From positions 330,001-362,000 of the forward strand of contig NC_016893.1 in assembly GCF_000247565.1 (NCBI RefSeq): DNA of 32,000 bases. Reading direction: 5' to 3'. Of this stretch, positions 9,557-19,624 are shown in pieces (position 1 is the first letter of the stretch; the number at the start of each line of letters is the position of its first letter). A program made the position numbers and the translations under genes. The DNA is from Wigglesworthia glossinidia endosymbiont of Glossina morsitans morsitans (Yale colony). GTDB taxonomy: Bacteria; Pseudomonadota; Gammaproteobacteria; Enterobacterales; Enterobacteriaceae. Below the pieces are notes generated by a model that was not told the origin of the DNA, made no database searches, and worked only from the letters and a program-made list of their open reading frames with translations.

Positions 9557-10204
9557 ATGAATTCATTGAAAGCACTGTATAAAGCTTTTTTAGAACAAGA
9601 TATTAATATTTTATCTCAATTAAATATAATATGGTTATTTTATTTAGTAATTTGTATCATTCTAATTTTGGAAAATGGTTTTCTTCCGGTATCTTTTTTG
9701 CCTGGAGATAGTTTGTTAATTTTATTAGGAATATTAATATCTAAAAATATATTAAATTTTTATTTTATTGTTTTTTTATTGACGATATCTGCTAGCATAG
9801 GAAGTTGGATAGGATATTTACAAGGAAAATGGTTAAAAAATACACCTATTATAAATTTATGGATATCTAAATTACCTAAAAAATATTTTGACCGTGCATA
9901 TCATTTATTTTGTTTGCATGGATTTTTTGCATTATTTATTGGAAGATTTATTGTTTTTGTAAGAACAATTTTACCAATTTTTTTTGGTTTATCCGGTTTC
10001 AAAAGTAGCAAATTTTATTTTTTCAACGTTATTAGCGCTTTTTTTTGGGTATCAATTTTAACTTTAATAGGATTTTTATTAGGTAAAACTTGGATATTTA
10101 ATAGATACGAAAATATATTTATAACAGTTTTATGTACAATTCCAACTATTATAATAATTTTCAGTATTATATATTTGTTGAAATTTTGGATAAAAAAAAA
10201 TTAG
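9557..10204 (+). CDS. DedA-family inner membrane protein (YghB/YqjA-like).
   Basis: The 215-aa polytopic membrane ORF carries the DedA signature ENGFLPVSFLPGDSLLILLG and later FIGRFIVFVRTILP. It is collinear with E. coli YghB/YqjA. A GAGAAAG Shine-Dalgarno-like sequence precedes the ATG. Confidence 0.85.
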   Translation: MNSLKALYKAFLEQDINILSQLNIIWLFYLVICIILILENGFLPVSFLPGDSLLILLGILISKNILNFYFIVFLLTISASIGSWIGYLQGKWLKNTPIINLWISKLPKKYFDRAYHLFCLHGFFALFIGRFIVFVRTILPIFFGLSGFKSSKFYFFNVISAFFWVSILTLIGFLLGKTWIFNRYENIFITVLCTIPTIIIIFSIIYLLKFWIKKN

Positions 10205-10222
10205 TATAGTAAAATTTAAGTT

Positions 10223-10792
10223 CTATTTATTTACTTTTAAATTTATAAAATATTTTCGATAATGTATTAATTCTGCAATAGATTCTCGAATGTCATTCAA
10301 AGCCGTATGCAAATTTTTTTTCTTTAATTTCAGTAAAATTTTTGGATTCCATCTTTTAACGAGCTCTTTGATACTACTTACATCTATGCAACGATAATGA
10401 AAATATTTTTCTAAATCTGTCATATAATGCAATAAAAATTGACGATCATAATATATGCTATTACCACATATTGGAGATTTTTGAGGATACGTCCATTTTG
10501 AAATAAATTTTAAAGTTTCAAACATTGCTGATTTTTCAGAATGTATGCTATTTTTTACACGTTCTATTAATCCATTTTTTGTATGTGTTAAAGTATTCCA
10601 AGAATTCATTTTTTTTAATTGTAATTCTGATTGAAAAATTGCTATAGAAGGTCCTTCTGACAATATATTTATGTTTTTATCAGTTACAATGGTAGATATT
10701 TCTATAATGCGATCATTTTTTAAGTTTAATCCTGTCATTTCTAAATCAATCCAAATAAGATTATCTTTATTTCTTTTGTTGTTGGTGTTCAT
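10223..10792 (-). CDS. orn: Oligoribonuclease (DEDDh 3'-5' exoribonuclease).
   Basis: The ORF is 189 aa. Motifs include NLIWIDLEMTGL (ExoI), SPICGNSIYYDRQFL (ExoII) and HTALNDIRESI (ExoIII with His). Confidence 0.93.
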   Translation of the reverse strand: MNTNNKRNKDNLIWIDLEMTGLNLKNDRIIEISTIVTDKNINILSEGPSIAIFQSELQLKKMNSWNTLTHTKNGLIERVKNSIHSEKSAMFETLKFISKWTYPQKSPICGNSIYYDRQFLLHYMTDLEKYFHYRCIDVSSIKELVKRWNPKILLKLKKKNLHTALNDIRESIAELIHYRKYFINLKVNK

Positions 10793-10972
10793 AAATAGTG
10801 TGAAATTTTTTATGTTGTAAATATATTTTTTATGTGTATAAAATGTACTTAATAAATTTGTATAACATAAATATATTTAAAATAATTCATTGATTAATTT
10901 TAAATTATAAATTATTTATTAAAATAAATCTAATTTCAGGTTAAATAAAATTAAAAATTTATTTTATATGAC

Positions 10973-10987
10973 TGCTAATTATTAGCA
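10973..10987. promoter_or_regulatory. Perfect 15-bp palindrome TGCTAAT-T-ATTAGCA in the divergent orn/psd intergenic region. It is a candidate operator-like site.
   Basis: Read directly from the sequence. It has 7-bp arms, each containing G and C, in a spacer that is otherwise nearly all A/T. It lies about 125 nt upstream of the psd ATG. I recognise no known regulator motif in it. Confidence 0.2.
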
Positions 10988-11112
10988 ATTTTCACTTTTA
11001 AAGTTTAATACAGATATTTTATTTTATTAAAGAGTAATTTTTTTAATAAAAAATTAAAGAATAAAATTTATATTTTTTATAAACGCTTCTACTTAAGGAG
11101 ATTAATAATAAC

Positions 11113-11988
11113 ATGTATATTATGTTGCAAAATTTTTTACCTAAACTTTGGATTACTAAATTTTTTGGATGGATTGCAGAATGCAAATGCAAAACACTAG
11201 CATATTTCAGCATTTTAATATTTATAAAAATATATAAAATTAATGTCAAAGAAATAAAACAATCAAATCTTAAATTATATTCTTCGTTTAATGAGTTCTT
11301 TTCTAGAAAGATTGATATGAATTTCAGACCTGTGCATCCTGATCCTTTAATTATTGTTTGTCCAGCAGATGGGATGTTAACACAATTTGGATATTTTGAA
11401 GAGACTAAAGAACTGCAAATAAAAAATCACGGATATACTTTAAATGCACTATTAGCTGAAAATGAAAAAATGATAAAACTGTTTCAATATGGAATTTTTT
11501 TTACTACATATTTATCTCCTAAAAATTATCATAGAGTTCATATGCCATGTGATGGAATATTACAAAAAATGTTATATGTACCAGGACAATTATTTTCTGT
11601 AAATACGAAATTTTTTAGTAAAATTCCAAATGTTTTCGCTAAAAATGAACGTGTAATTTGTTTATTTAATACGAGATTTGGACCTATGCTTCAAATATTA
11701 ATTGGATCAATAATTTGTGGTACTATCTCTACTACTTGGTTTGGAAAAGTTACGCCACCTCGAGAAGGAATTATTAAATTATGGAAGTATTCAAATAATA
11801 TGCAACAAAAAATATATTTAAATAAAGGAGAAGAGATGGGATTGTTTACGCTTGGATCTACTGTAATTACTGTTTTTACTAAAGAAAATATTCTATTAGG
11901 AGAAAATTTAAATACATATGATACTATGCGTATAGGCAATATATTAGCTTATGGAATTCAGAACAACAAAGAAAGATTTATTAATTAA
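11113..11988 (+). CDS. psd: Phosphatidylserine decarboxylase proenzyme.
   Basis: The ORF is 291 aa. Motifs include LPKLWITKFFGW, YLSPKNYHRVHMPCDG and FAKNERV. The self-cleavage LGST motif is present (FTLGSTVI). An AAGGAG sequence lies 12 nt upstream of the ATG at 11113. The ATG at 11122 is an alternative start. Confidence 0.93.
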   Translation: MYIMLQNFLPKLWITKFFGWIAECKCKTLAYFSILIFIKIYKINVKEIKQSNLKLYSSFNEFFSRKIDMNFRPVHPDPLIIVCPADGMLTQFGYFEETKELQIKNHGYTLNALLAENEKMIKLFQYGIFFTTYLSPKNYHRVHMPCDGILQKMLYVPGQLFSVNTKFFSKIPNVFAKNERVICLFNTRFGPMLQILIGSIICGTISTTWFGKVTPPREGIIKLWKYSNNMQQKIYLNKGEEMGLFTLGSTVITVFTKENILLGENLNTYDTMRIGNILAYGIQNNKERFIN

Positions 11989-14900
11989 AAAATATAAAAG
12001 TTTATATTTAATTATTTTTTTTATTTTTTATGTTTTAAGTGCATATGGTGATATTGATTTTGAAGAAAGCCAAATTAAAAAAGAACTACAACAAATTCAA
12101 AGCAATAATCGTATCTCACATCAATTAGATATTATTGTATCTTTACAATCAGCTTTAGATTTTATTACAGAAAGTAAAGCATCAATCCAAAAAATAAAAG
12201 AATATCAAAAAATTATTGAAAATTTTCCAATACTTATTAAACAAATTCAAGAAGAAAAAAAATTAAAAAATACATATTATAATGATGTCGTTATTAAATT
12301 TTCAGCTAAAGAAGTAAATCAAGAACTATTAAAAGCTAATAATCGATTAATTATTTTAGTTAATCAATTAAAACAAGAACAAGAACAGGCTCGTGTAATT
12401 GCAGATTCTGTAATGATATTGCCACATCAACAAGCAGAAGCAAGAAAAGAACTAAATAATATTGATAATTATATACATGTTATTTCTAAACCAAATTCTT
12501 TAATAGAAAAAGCACAATTTACTAATTTACGTATGCAACGTATAGCAAAAAGATTAAAAATAGAAGAATTAGATTTAGCACAACTTAGCGTAAATTATCG
12601 TCAAGAATTATCAAAAATACGTATAGATCTATTAAAGTCAAAATATAATAAAATTGATCAAGAATTACAAATTTTAAAAAACAATTTATATAATTTACGT
12701 AAACAAGAATCGGAAAAAGCATTGCATGATGCAGAAAAATCTTCTAAAGAAATTGATGCTTTTCCACAAATTGTTATTATACAATTCAAAAAAAATCATG
12801 ATCTGTCTCTTGCATTAAATCAACAATCACAAGAAATGGATTCTATAGCGTTTAAACAACGACAATCAACTAAAGATATCTTACAAGTACGCCATGCACT
12901 TAGTACCTTAATTGAGCAATCGCAATGGTTAGATGAATCTCCAATTTTAGGTGAAACATTACGATCTCAAATGTCTAAATTACCAGAAGTTCCTAAATCT
13001 CAACAACTTAATACAAATATGGTGCAAATTCGTGTTCAACGTTTATATTTTGAAGATTTAATAAACAAATTATTGTCTGAAGAATCTAATAAAAAAAAAA
13101 TTAAATTTATTCTTACAAAAGATCAATTCAAAATTTTTGAAGAACAATTGTTAATACAACGTGATTTATTAGATTCATTATTAATAGGATGTGATACTCA
13201 AATACTAGAGTTAACAAAATTAAAAGCGCTTTATGGACAATTGGAAGAAGCAATTAAAGAAGTTAAAGAAGCTTCACACAAATATTTATTTTGGGTTGCA
13301 GATACTAATTCTTTAACACCTTCGTTTATTTTATCTGTTATTCAAGATTTAAAAAAAATGTTCAATAGATATATGTTATCTCAAATTTTTAATGCAATGA
13401 AAACAATATTAACTAGCCGCAATACACTATTATTATTATTTAGCGCTTTTTTATTTTGGGGTTTTATGTTTAGTTCCCGTAAACATTATTTATCTTTTTT
13501 AAATCGATCTAGCATTCAGGTAGGAAAAGTAAATCAAGATCGATTTTCTATTACATTGAAAAATGTTTTTTGGTCTATGTTAGTTGCTGCTCCTTTCCCT
13601 ATTTTGTGGATATCTTTAGGATATGGATTTAGTCATGCATGGGCATATCCGATATCAGTAGCTTTAGGAGAAGCTATGATTTCAACATCTTTTATACTAT
13701 GGGTATTGTTGTTATGTGCATCTTTTGCTTTACCAAAAGGATTGTTTGTAATACATTTTGGCTGGAAAGTAGAACAAATACGTTGTGCACTGCGTTATTA
13801 TACTTTGTCGATTACTACAATAATACCATTAATAACAATATTAATTACTATTAATAATTATAGTGATCGTGAATTTACCAGTAGTATTGGAAGATTGTGT
13901 TTTATTTTGATTTGTATCGGTTTATCTTTAGTGACTAATAGTTTCAAACGTGCAGGATTATTATTATATCTCGATAAAATTGGTTCAAATAATAATATTA
14001 TTAATCGTTCTTTTTGGAATTTTATGATTTGTGCTCCAATACTTGCAATTATTTCTGCATCTTTAGGATACTTTTCTACTGCTCAAGTACTACTAACACG
14101 TTTAGAAACATCATTAACGATTTGGTTATTTTTATTAATTATATATCATATTATTCGTAGATGGATGTTTATTCAAAGACGTAGGATTGCATTTGAAAGA
14201 GCCAAACAACGTCGTGCAGAAATGTTAGCACAGCGTGCACGTAATACTGACGAACAAATGTTGTCACCATCTCAATTAAATGAAGTTGCTGCTGAAGTAG
14301 ATAATAAAATTTTAGATTTAGATACTATTAGCGCAAAATCTTTGCAATTAGTACGTTCTATATTAACGCTTATGGCATTACTATCTGTTATTTTATTATG
14401 GTCTGAATTGCATTCAGCTTTTTCCTTTTTAGAAAATATCACTCTGTGGGATTCTGCATCGACTCTAAAAGGAATAGACAATTTGAAACCAATTACGTTA
14501 AATTCAATTTTTATTGTTATTTTAATATTAATTATTACCACGCAAATGGTACGTAATCTTCCAGCTTTATTAGAACTTGCTTTATTACAGCATTTAAATT
14601 TAACTCCAGGTACAGGATATGCAATTACTACGCTTACTAAATATGGATTAATGTTATTAGGAGGATTAATTGGGTTTTCTATAGTTGGTATGGAATGGTC
14701 TAAATTTCAATGGTTAGCAGCGGCATTAGGCGTAGGATTAGGCTTTGGATTACAAGAAATATTTGCTAACTTTGTATCTGGATTAATTATTTTATTTGAA
14801 AAACCTATCCGAATAGGCGACACTGTTACTATTCGAAGTTTAACAGGAAGTATTACAAAAATTAACACTCGCGCTACTACAATTACTGATTGGGATAGAA

Positions 14901-15268
14901 AAGAAATTATTGTTCCAAACAAAGCATTTATTACTGAGCAATTTGTTAATTGGTCACTTTCGGATACTGTAACACGTGTAGTATTACATGTACCAGCTCC
15001 TGCAGAATCAAATATTGAAAAAATTTCTAATATTTTAGTTCAAGCAGCAATTCGTTGTCCGCTAGTTTTAGATTTTCCTATACCGGAAGCATTTTTAGTA
15101 GACATACAAAAAGGTTTGCCTTTGTTTGAATTACGTATATATGCGGCTGAGATGAGTCATCGTATGCCATTAAGGCATCAAGTGAACAAATTGATTTTAG
15201 ATTGCTATCGCGAGCACGGTATTCAGTTGCCTTATCCTCCATTTCAATTAATACATGAGTACAAGTAG
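11951..15268 (+). CDS. mscM: Large MscS-family mechanosensitive channel (MscM/YjeP type; the MscK/KefA paralog is not excluded).
   Basis: The ORF is 1105 aa. It has an N-terminal signal-like segment, a long coiled-coil-like periplasmic region and multiple transmembrane segments. The C-terminal MscS core is GVGLGFGLQEIFANFVSGLIILFEKPIRIGDTVTI. It lies directly downstream of psd, as does E. coli mscM. Confidence 0.85.
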   Translation: MEFRTTKKDLLIKKYKSLYLIIFFIFYVLSAYGDIDFEESQIKKELQQIQSNNRISHQLDIIVSLQSALDFITESKASIQKIKEYQKIIENFPILIKQIQEEKKLKNTYYNDVVIKFSAKEVNQELLKANNRLIILVNQLKQEQEQARVIADSVMILPHQQAEARKELNNIDNYIHVISKPNSLIEKAQFTNLRMQRIAKRLKIEELDLAQLSVNYRQELSKIRIDLLKSKYNKIDQELQILKNNLYNLRKQESEKALHDAEKSSKEIDAFPQIVIIQFKKNHDLSLALNQQSQEMDSIAFKQRQSTKDILQVRHALSTLIEQSQWLDESPILGETLRSQMSKLPEVPKSQQLNTNMVQIRVQRLYFEDLINKLLSEESNKKKIKFILTKDQFKIFEEQLLIQRDLLDSLLIGCDTQILELTKLKALYGQLEEAIKEVKEASHKYLFWVADTNSLTPSFILSVIQDLKKMFNRYMLSQIFNAMKTILTSRNTLLLLFSAFLFWGFMFSSRKHYLSFLNRSSIQVGKVNQDRFSITLKNVFWSMLVAAPFPILWISLGYGFSHAWAYPISVALGEAMISTSFILWVLLLCASFALPKGLFVIHFGWKVEQIRCALRYYTLSITTIIPLITILITINNYSDREFTSSIGRLCFILICIGLSLVTNSFKRAGLLLYLDKIGSNNNIINRSFWNFMICAPILAIISASLGYFSTAQVLLTRLETSLTIWLFLLIIYHIIRRWMFIQRRRIAFERAKQRRAEMLAQRARNTDEQMLSPSQLNEVAAEVDNKILDLDTISAKSLQLVRSILTLMALLSVILLWSELHSAFSFLENITLWDSASTLKGIDNLKPITLNSIFIVILILIITTQMVRNLPALLELALLQHLNLTPGTGYAITTLTKYGLMLLGGLIGFSIVGMEWSKFQWLAAALGVGLGFGLQEIFANFVSGLIILFEKPIRIGDTVTIRSLTGSITKINTRATTITDWDRKEIIVPNKAFITEQFVNWSLSDTVTRVVLHVPAPAESNIEKISNILVQAAIRCPLVLDFPIPEAFLVDIQKGLPLFELRIYAAEMSHRMPLRHQVNKLILDCYREHGIQLPYPPFQLIHEYK

Positions 15269-15296
15269 TTTAACAATAAAAAATCTTTGAATATAT

Positions 15297-16270
15297 TTAT
15301 GCACAATCGATTGAAAATAATATAACATCTTGAATTTTCTTGGCATTTAATGCAATCATAATTAATCTGTCTATTCCAACAGCAACACCGGAACAAAAAG
15401 GTATCCCGGAATTTATAGCGTGTAATAATTTTATATCGATTTCTTTTTCAGACAATCCTTTTTTTTTGCGTTGAATATTATTTAAAATAAAACGTTTATG
15501 CTGTTCTTTTGCATTTATTAACTCACAACATCCATTTGCTAGCTCAATACCGTGATAGTATAACTCGAATCTTTCAGCAAATTTATTATTTTTTAAGCAT
15601 ACTGCTGACATACTACTTTGTAGTACAGGAAAATGATGTATAAAAATTGGATGTTCTTTTCCAAGATTTGGAGATATTTTATATTCGAATAAAATTTGCA
15701 ACATTTCATCTCTGTCATGATGATTGTTATTATTGAAAATTGTGATTTTTTCGACAATTTTTCGTATTTGCTTGATTTTTGATTTAAAAGGATCAATCCC
15801 AAAATATTTTAAAAATAATTGATCATACGATATAAAACAAGATTTTTTTAATCCAGGTATAACATAATGTAAAAAATTATCTACTTCTCGAATTAACTTA
15901 AACATATTATAATGAGGTCGATACCATTCGAGCATAGTAAATTCTGGATTATGATACCGACCAATTTCAGAATTTCTAAAACTTTTGCAAATTTGAAAAA
16001 TTCCTCCAAATCCAGATGCTAAGAGTCGTTTCATATGATGTTCGGGACTCGTGATTAAGTATAATATTTTCTTTTCATCATTATAATTTTTTAGATATGT
16101 TTGAAATGAAGATAAATGTACATCGTTAGATGTTCTATAGCTTAATACAGGAGTATCGACTTCGAGTAAATTTTTTTTAAAAAAAAATTTCTAATTTTTT
16201 TAATAATTTGATTCCTTTTTATTAATATTTTTTTAGAAATGTTTGGTTTCCAATTGTGCGTTTTATTCAT
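15297..16270 (-). pseudogene. epmA: EF-P--(R)-beta-lysine ligase EpmA (PoxA/GenX/YjeA), interrupted by a single-nucleotide frameshift in a homopolymer tract.
   Basis: The 245-aa ORF at 15297-16034 starts at MKRLL, which I recall as about residue 81 of E. coli EpmA. It contains the class II aaRS-like motifs FRNSEIGRYHNPEFTMLEWY and CSGVAVGIDRL. Hand translation of the minus strand from the ATG at 16270 gives MNKTHNWKPNISKKILIKRNQIIKKIRNFFLKK. A +1 shift then gives NLLEVDTPVLSYRTSNDVHLSSFQTYLKNYNDEKKILYLITSPEHHMKRLL, collinear with the EpmA N-terminus without gaps. The span is 974 nt, one nucleotide short of 325 codons. Confidence 0.85.
16171..16187. repeat. Back-to-back homopolymers: T8 at 16171-16178 and A9 at 16179-16187 on the + strand, which read as U9 then A8 in epmA sense. 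This is the site of the epmA frame change.
   Basis: Read directly from the sequence: ...gagtaaa tttttttt aaaaaaaaa tttctaat... Confidence 0.9.
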
Positions 16271-16292
16271 ATGTTTAGAATATTTGAGTCTA

Positions 16293-16320
16293 CAGTTAAT
16301 TTTTCGATAAAAATTAATTG
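16293..16320. terminator. AT-rich inverted repeat (cag-ttaattttt / cgat / aaaaattaa-ttg) between the fldA stop and the epmA start. It may be a weak fldA terminator.
   Basis: A 9-bp perfect stem with a 4-nt loop is extendable by two more pairs across one mismatch or wobble. There is no clear U-run on the fldA-sense side, and the stem is almost entirely A/T. Confidence 0.2.
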
Positions 16321-16374
16321 TTTAAATTTTTTTAATTTTAAGTATGGAATTTATAATAATTTTTTCTTAAAGTT

Positions 16375-16896
16375 TTACTTTTCTTGAAAGTATATTATTT
16401 TTTTAATTGTTTCGATCCAATAGAATAATCTTGATTCAGTTAATTCTGGTTGTCTGTCTTCGTCTAATGCTAATCCGACGAAATATTTTTTGTTTATTAA
16501 TGCTTTAGAAGCTTCAAACTTATATCCTTTAGTTGAATGACTTCCGATCATTTTTGCTTGATTTTGTATTAAAATTTCATTTAAAATTCCCATTGCGTCA
16601 CAAAAATATTCTGAATAGTCTTCTTGATCTCCACAACCAAAAATTGCTACCATTTTATCCTTAAAGTTTATTTTTTTTAAAATAGGAAAAAAATCATCCC
16701 AGTCGCATTGGGGTTCTCCATAATACCAAGTAGGTATTCCAAATATTAATTTGTCATATTTTTCTATATCTTTTTGAGCAGTATCTGCAATATCAAAAAT
16801 GTCAGAATTACTTGGACTTAATGCTTCTTGTATTTTTTTGGCAATACTTGCTGTATTCCCCGTATCACTACCGAAAAAAATTCCTGTAGATTTCAT
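16375..16896 (-). CDS. fldA: Flavodoxin 1 (long-chain flavodoxin).
   Basis: The ORF is 173 aa. Motifs include [11 protein letters not shown] (the FMN phosphate loop), [35 protein letters not shown] and [13 protein letters not shown]. It is near-collinear with E. coli FldA. Confidence 0.95.
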   Translation of the reverse strand: MKSTGIFFGSDTGNTASIAKKIQEALSPSNSDIFDIADTAQKDIEKYDKLIFGIPTWYYGEPQCDWDDFFPILKKINFKDKMVAIFGCGDQEDYSEYFCDAMGILNEILIQNQAKMIGSHSTKGYKFEASKALINKKYFVGLALDEDRQPELTESRLFYWIETIKKIIYFQEK

Positions 16897-17122
16897 ATAA
16901 ATACTTCCTGTGAAAATGTTAGTAAAAATTTTTTTTGTTTATAAAAATATGTTACTGAATAAATTAAATTTTACATAAAATATTTTAGTTAAAAATTTAT
17001 GCGAAATAAATTATTTTATAAAATGTTTAATATTAATAAGTCAAGAAAAATAATAAAAATTTATGAAATATGTAAAATATTTAGTATAATCTTAATACTA
17101 AAATTTAAATAATATATTTTTA

Positions 17123-18739
17123 ATGTATTTACAAAGTTTAAAATCTGGAAAAAAACCACAAAAATCTGATTTAATTTATCCCGATAAACTTATAACACAA
17201 TATTACTCTCAAATACCTTATGAAAATAAAAAATTAAAAAATATTAAATTTGGAACTTCAGGATATCGAGGAACCTCAAAAAAATTCACATTTAACGAAA
17301 TACATGTACTAGCGATTAGTCAAGCTATTGTTGAAGAAAGAAAATTACTTGGAATACATGGACCATGCTTTATCGGAAAAGATACGCATGCTTTATCCGA
17401 ACCCGCTTTTTGTTCTGTACTCGAAGTGCTTACTGCAAACAATATTGATGTTATTATACAATCAAATAATATGCATGTTTCTACTCCAATAATTTCACAC
17501 GCAATATTAAATTATAATAAAGCATCTAAAAGAAAAGCAGATGGTATTATTATTACATCTTCTCATAATCCTCCAGAATTCGGAGGAATAAAATATAATA
17601 TTTTTACTGGCGGTCCTGCAAATTTTTTTATTACAAATAAAATAGAATCTAAAGTTAATGCAATTCTGAAAAATGGAATATTTAAAATAAAAAGAATTTC
17701 TTTAATTTATGCTAAACAAATTGGTAAAATACATGAACATGACATAATACAAAAGTATATTCTAAGTTTATCTAATATAGTTAATATGCAACTTATTTCT
17801 TCTTCTCAAATTAATTTAGTAATTGATCCTTTAGGAGGTTCAAGCTTATTTTGTTGGCAATTAATTGAAGAATATTATAAATGCAATATTAAAATTGTTA
17901 ATACTAAAATAGATTATACTTTTTATTTTTTAAATCTAGATTATGACGGAATACTTCGTATAGATTGTGCATCTAAATCGACATTGAAACATTTATCTCA
18001 ATTTTCTAATCAAGCAGACTTAGGATTCGCAAATGATCCAGATGGTGATAGACATGCAATTTTAAATAAAACATGCCTTATATCTCCTAATCATTATTTA
18101 TCTATTGCTATGCATTATTTATTAAGTTACAGATCAAATTGGAGTCAAAATGTAGGTGTAGGTAAAACTTACGTTTCTAGTGTCATGATGGAAAAAATTG
18201 CTCAACATTTTAATCGTAAATTAATTAATACCCCAGTAGGATTTAAGTGGTTTTCAAATTTCTTATTTGAAGGATCTTTAGGTTTATGTGGAGAAGAAAG
18301 TTCTGGAGCTACTTTTCTATGTTTTAACGGATCTCCATGGTCGACTGATAAAGACGGCATAATTATGTGTTTATTAGCTGCAGAAATTGTAGCAAAAACT
18401 GAAAAAACATTAATAGAATACTATTCTAAATTAGAAAAAATGTTTGGATATTTTTATTATGATCGATACGAATTTCATTTTTTAAATAAAAAACAGTATT
18501 TAAAAAATAATATTAATATAGATAATCTTCAATCATGCATTATCACTGAAGATAAAATTGTTTTTTGCATTATAATTTCGTTAGAAATTTTTGTTAAATT
18601 TAAAAATGGATGGATAGCAATTAGACCGTCTGGCACAGAAAATTTGTATAGAGTATATTGTGAAAGTTTCATAGATACTGTACATTTAAAAAAATTAAAA
18701 AAATCAGCAAATAAAATTATCAAACTGCTTTTTAATTGA
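17123..18739 (+). CDS. pgm: Phosphoglucomutase (alpha-D-phosphohexomutase family).
   Basis: The ORF is 538 aa. Motifs include FGTSGYRG, the catalytic loop TSSHNPPEFGGIKYN, the Mg site FANDPDGDRH, the sugar loop GEESSGATF, and RPSGTENLYRVYCESF. Confidence 0.95.
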   Translation: MYLQSLKSGKKPQKSDLIYPDKLITQYYSQIPYENKKLKNIKFGTSGYRGTSKKFTFNEIHVLAISQAIVEERKLLGIHGPCFIGKDTHALSEPAFCSVLEVLTANNIDVIIQSNNMHVSTPIISHAILNYNKASKRKADGIIITSSHNPPEFGGIKYNIFTGGPANFFITNKIESKVNAILKNGIFKIKRISLIYAKQIGKIHEHDIIQKYILSLSNIVNMQLISSSQINLVIDPLGGSSLFCWQLIEEYYKCNIKIVNTKIDYTFYFLNLDYDGILRIDCASKSTLKHLSQFSNQADLGFANDPDGDRHAILNKTCLISPNHYLSIAMHYLLSYRSNWSQNVGVGKTYVSSVMMEKIAQHFNRKLINTPVGFKWFSNFLFEGSLGLCGEESSGATFLCFNGSPWSTDKDGIIMCLLAAEIVAKTEKTLIEYYSKLEKMFGYFYYDRYEFHFLNKKQYLKNNINIDNLQSCIITEDKIVFCIIISLEIFVKFKNGWIAIRPSGTENLYRVYCESFIDTVHLKKLKKSANKIIKLLFN

Positions 18740-18769
18740 AAAAATAACTTTATTAATTAAACATAAATT

Positions 18770-19528
18770 ATGAATTACATCACTAATACAGATCTCGAAT
18801 TTAATGTTAATCAAAAACTTAATAATAGCTTAAAAATTAAAGATTTTGCGTACAACGGATTACAAGTGAAAGGTAAAAAAATTATTAAAAAAATTATTGT
18901 CGGAGTTACTGCATGTCAAGAATTGATAGAATTTGCTATATTCACAAAATCCGACGCTATAATCGTACATCATGGATTATTTTGGAACCATGAAAATTGT
19001 ATGTTATATGGAACTAAAAAAAACAGATTAAAGAAAATTTTAGAAAATAATGTTAATCTTTACGCTTGGCATTTACCTTTAGATATACATCCAAAATTAG
19101 GAAATAATGCACAGTTAGCAAAGTTATTATCCATAGATATTAATAAAATTTTAAAACCATGTATTTTTTTTGGTACAATGAAGAATAAAATTGATTGTTA
19201 TAAATTTAAAATTTTATTAGAAAAAAAATTAAAACGTAATGTTTTACATTTTCAAAACAAAAACGCAGTTTTAACTATTGAAAAAATAGGATGGTGCACA
19301 GGATCAGGACATAAATTTTTTGAAATGGCAATTGAAGAAAATATAGATGCATTTATTAGTGGAGAAGCTTCAGAAAGTACAATTTACATTGCTAAAGAAA
19401 GATATGTACATTTTTATGAAGCAGGACATCATGCAACAGAAAGAGGAGGTATTATAGCATTAGGAAAATGGATACAAAAGAAATACTGCATAGAGACAAT
19501 TTTTTTTGATACCAATAATCCTATTTAA
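18770..19528 (+). CDS. ybgI: NIF3-family metal-binding protein YbgI (GTP cyclohydrolase 1 type 2 homolog).
   Basis: The ORF is 252 aa. Motifs include NGLQVKG, IIVHHGLFW, LYAWHLPLDIHPKLGNNAQLA and YEAGHHATERGGI. It is collinear with E. coli YbgI. Confidence 0.9.
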   Translation: MNYITNTDLEFNVNQKLNNSLKIKDFAYNGLQVKGKKIIKKIIVGVTACQELIEFAIFTKSDAIIVHHGLFWNHENCMLYGTKKNRLKKILENNVNLYAWHLPLDIHPKLGNNAQLAKLLSIDINKILKPCIFFGTMKNKIDCYKFKILLEKKLKRNVLHFQNKNAVLTIEKIGWCTGSGHKFFEMAIEENIDAFISGEASESTIYIAKERYVHFYEAGHHATERGGIIALGKWIQKKYCIETIFFDTNNPI

Positions 19529-19624
19529 CAAATTTAAATTATTTATTTTACTTACATATATACAAATTATGTATTCAAATCGATATTTTATTTTAAAATA
19601 CAACTAAATTTTTTTATTTTAATG

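Noticed and set aside
17061-17090. A sigma70-like promoter for pgm, with TATAAT at 17085-17090 and TTATGA about 18 nt upstream.
   Set aside because: TATAAT-like hexamers occur by chance at high density in this composition, so the call cannot be supported without transcription-start-site data.
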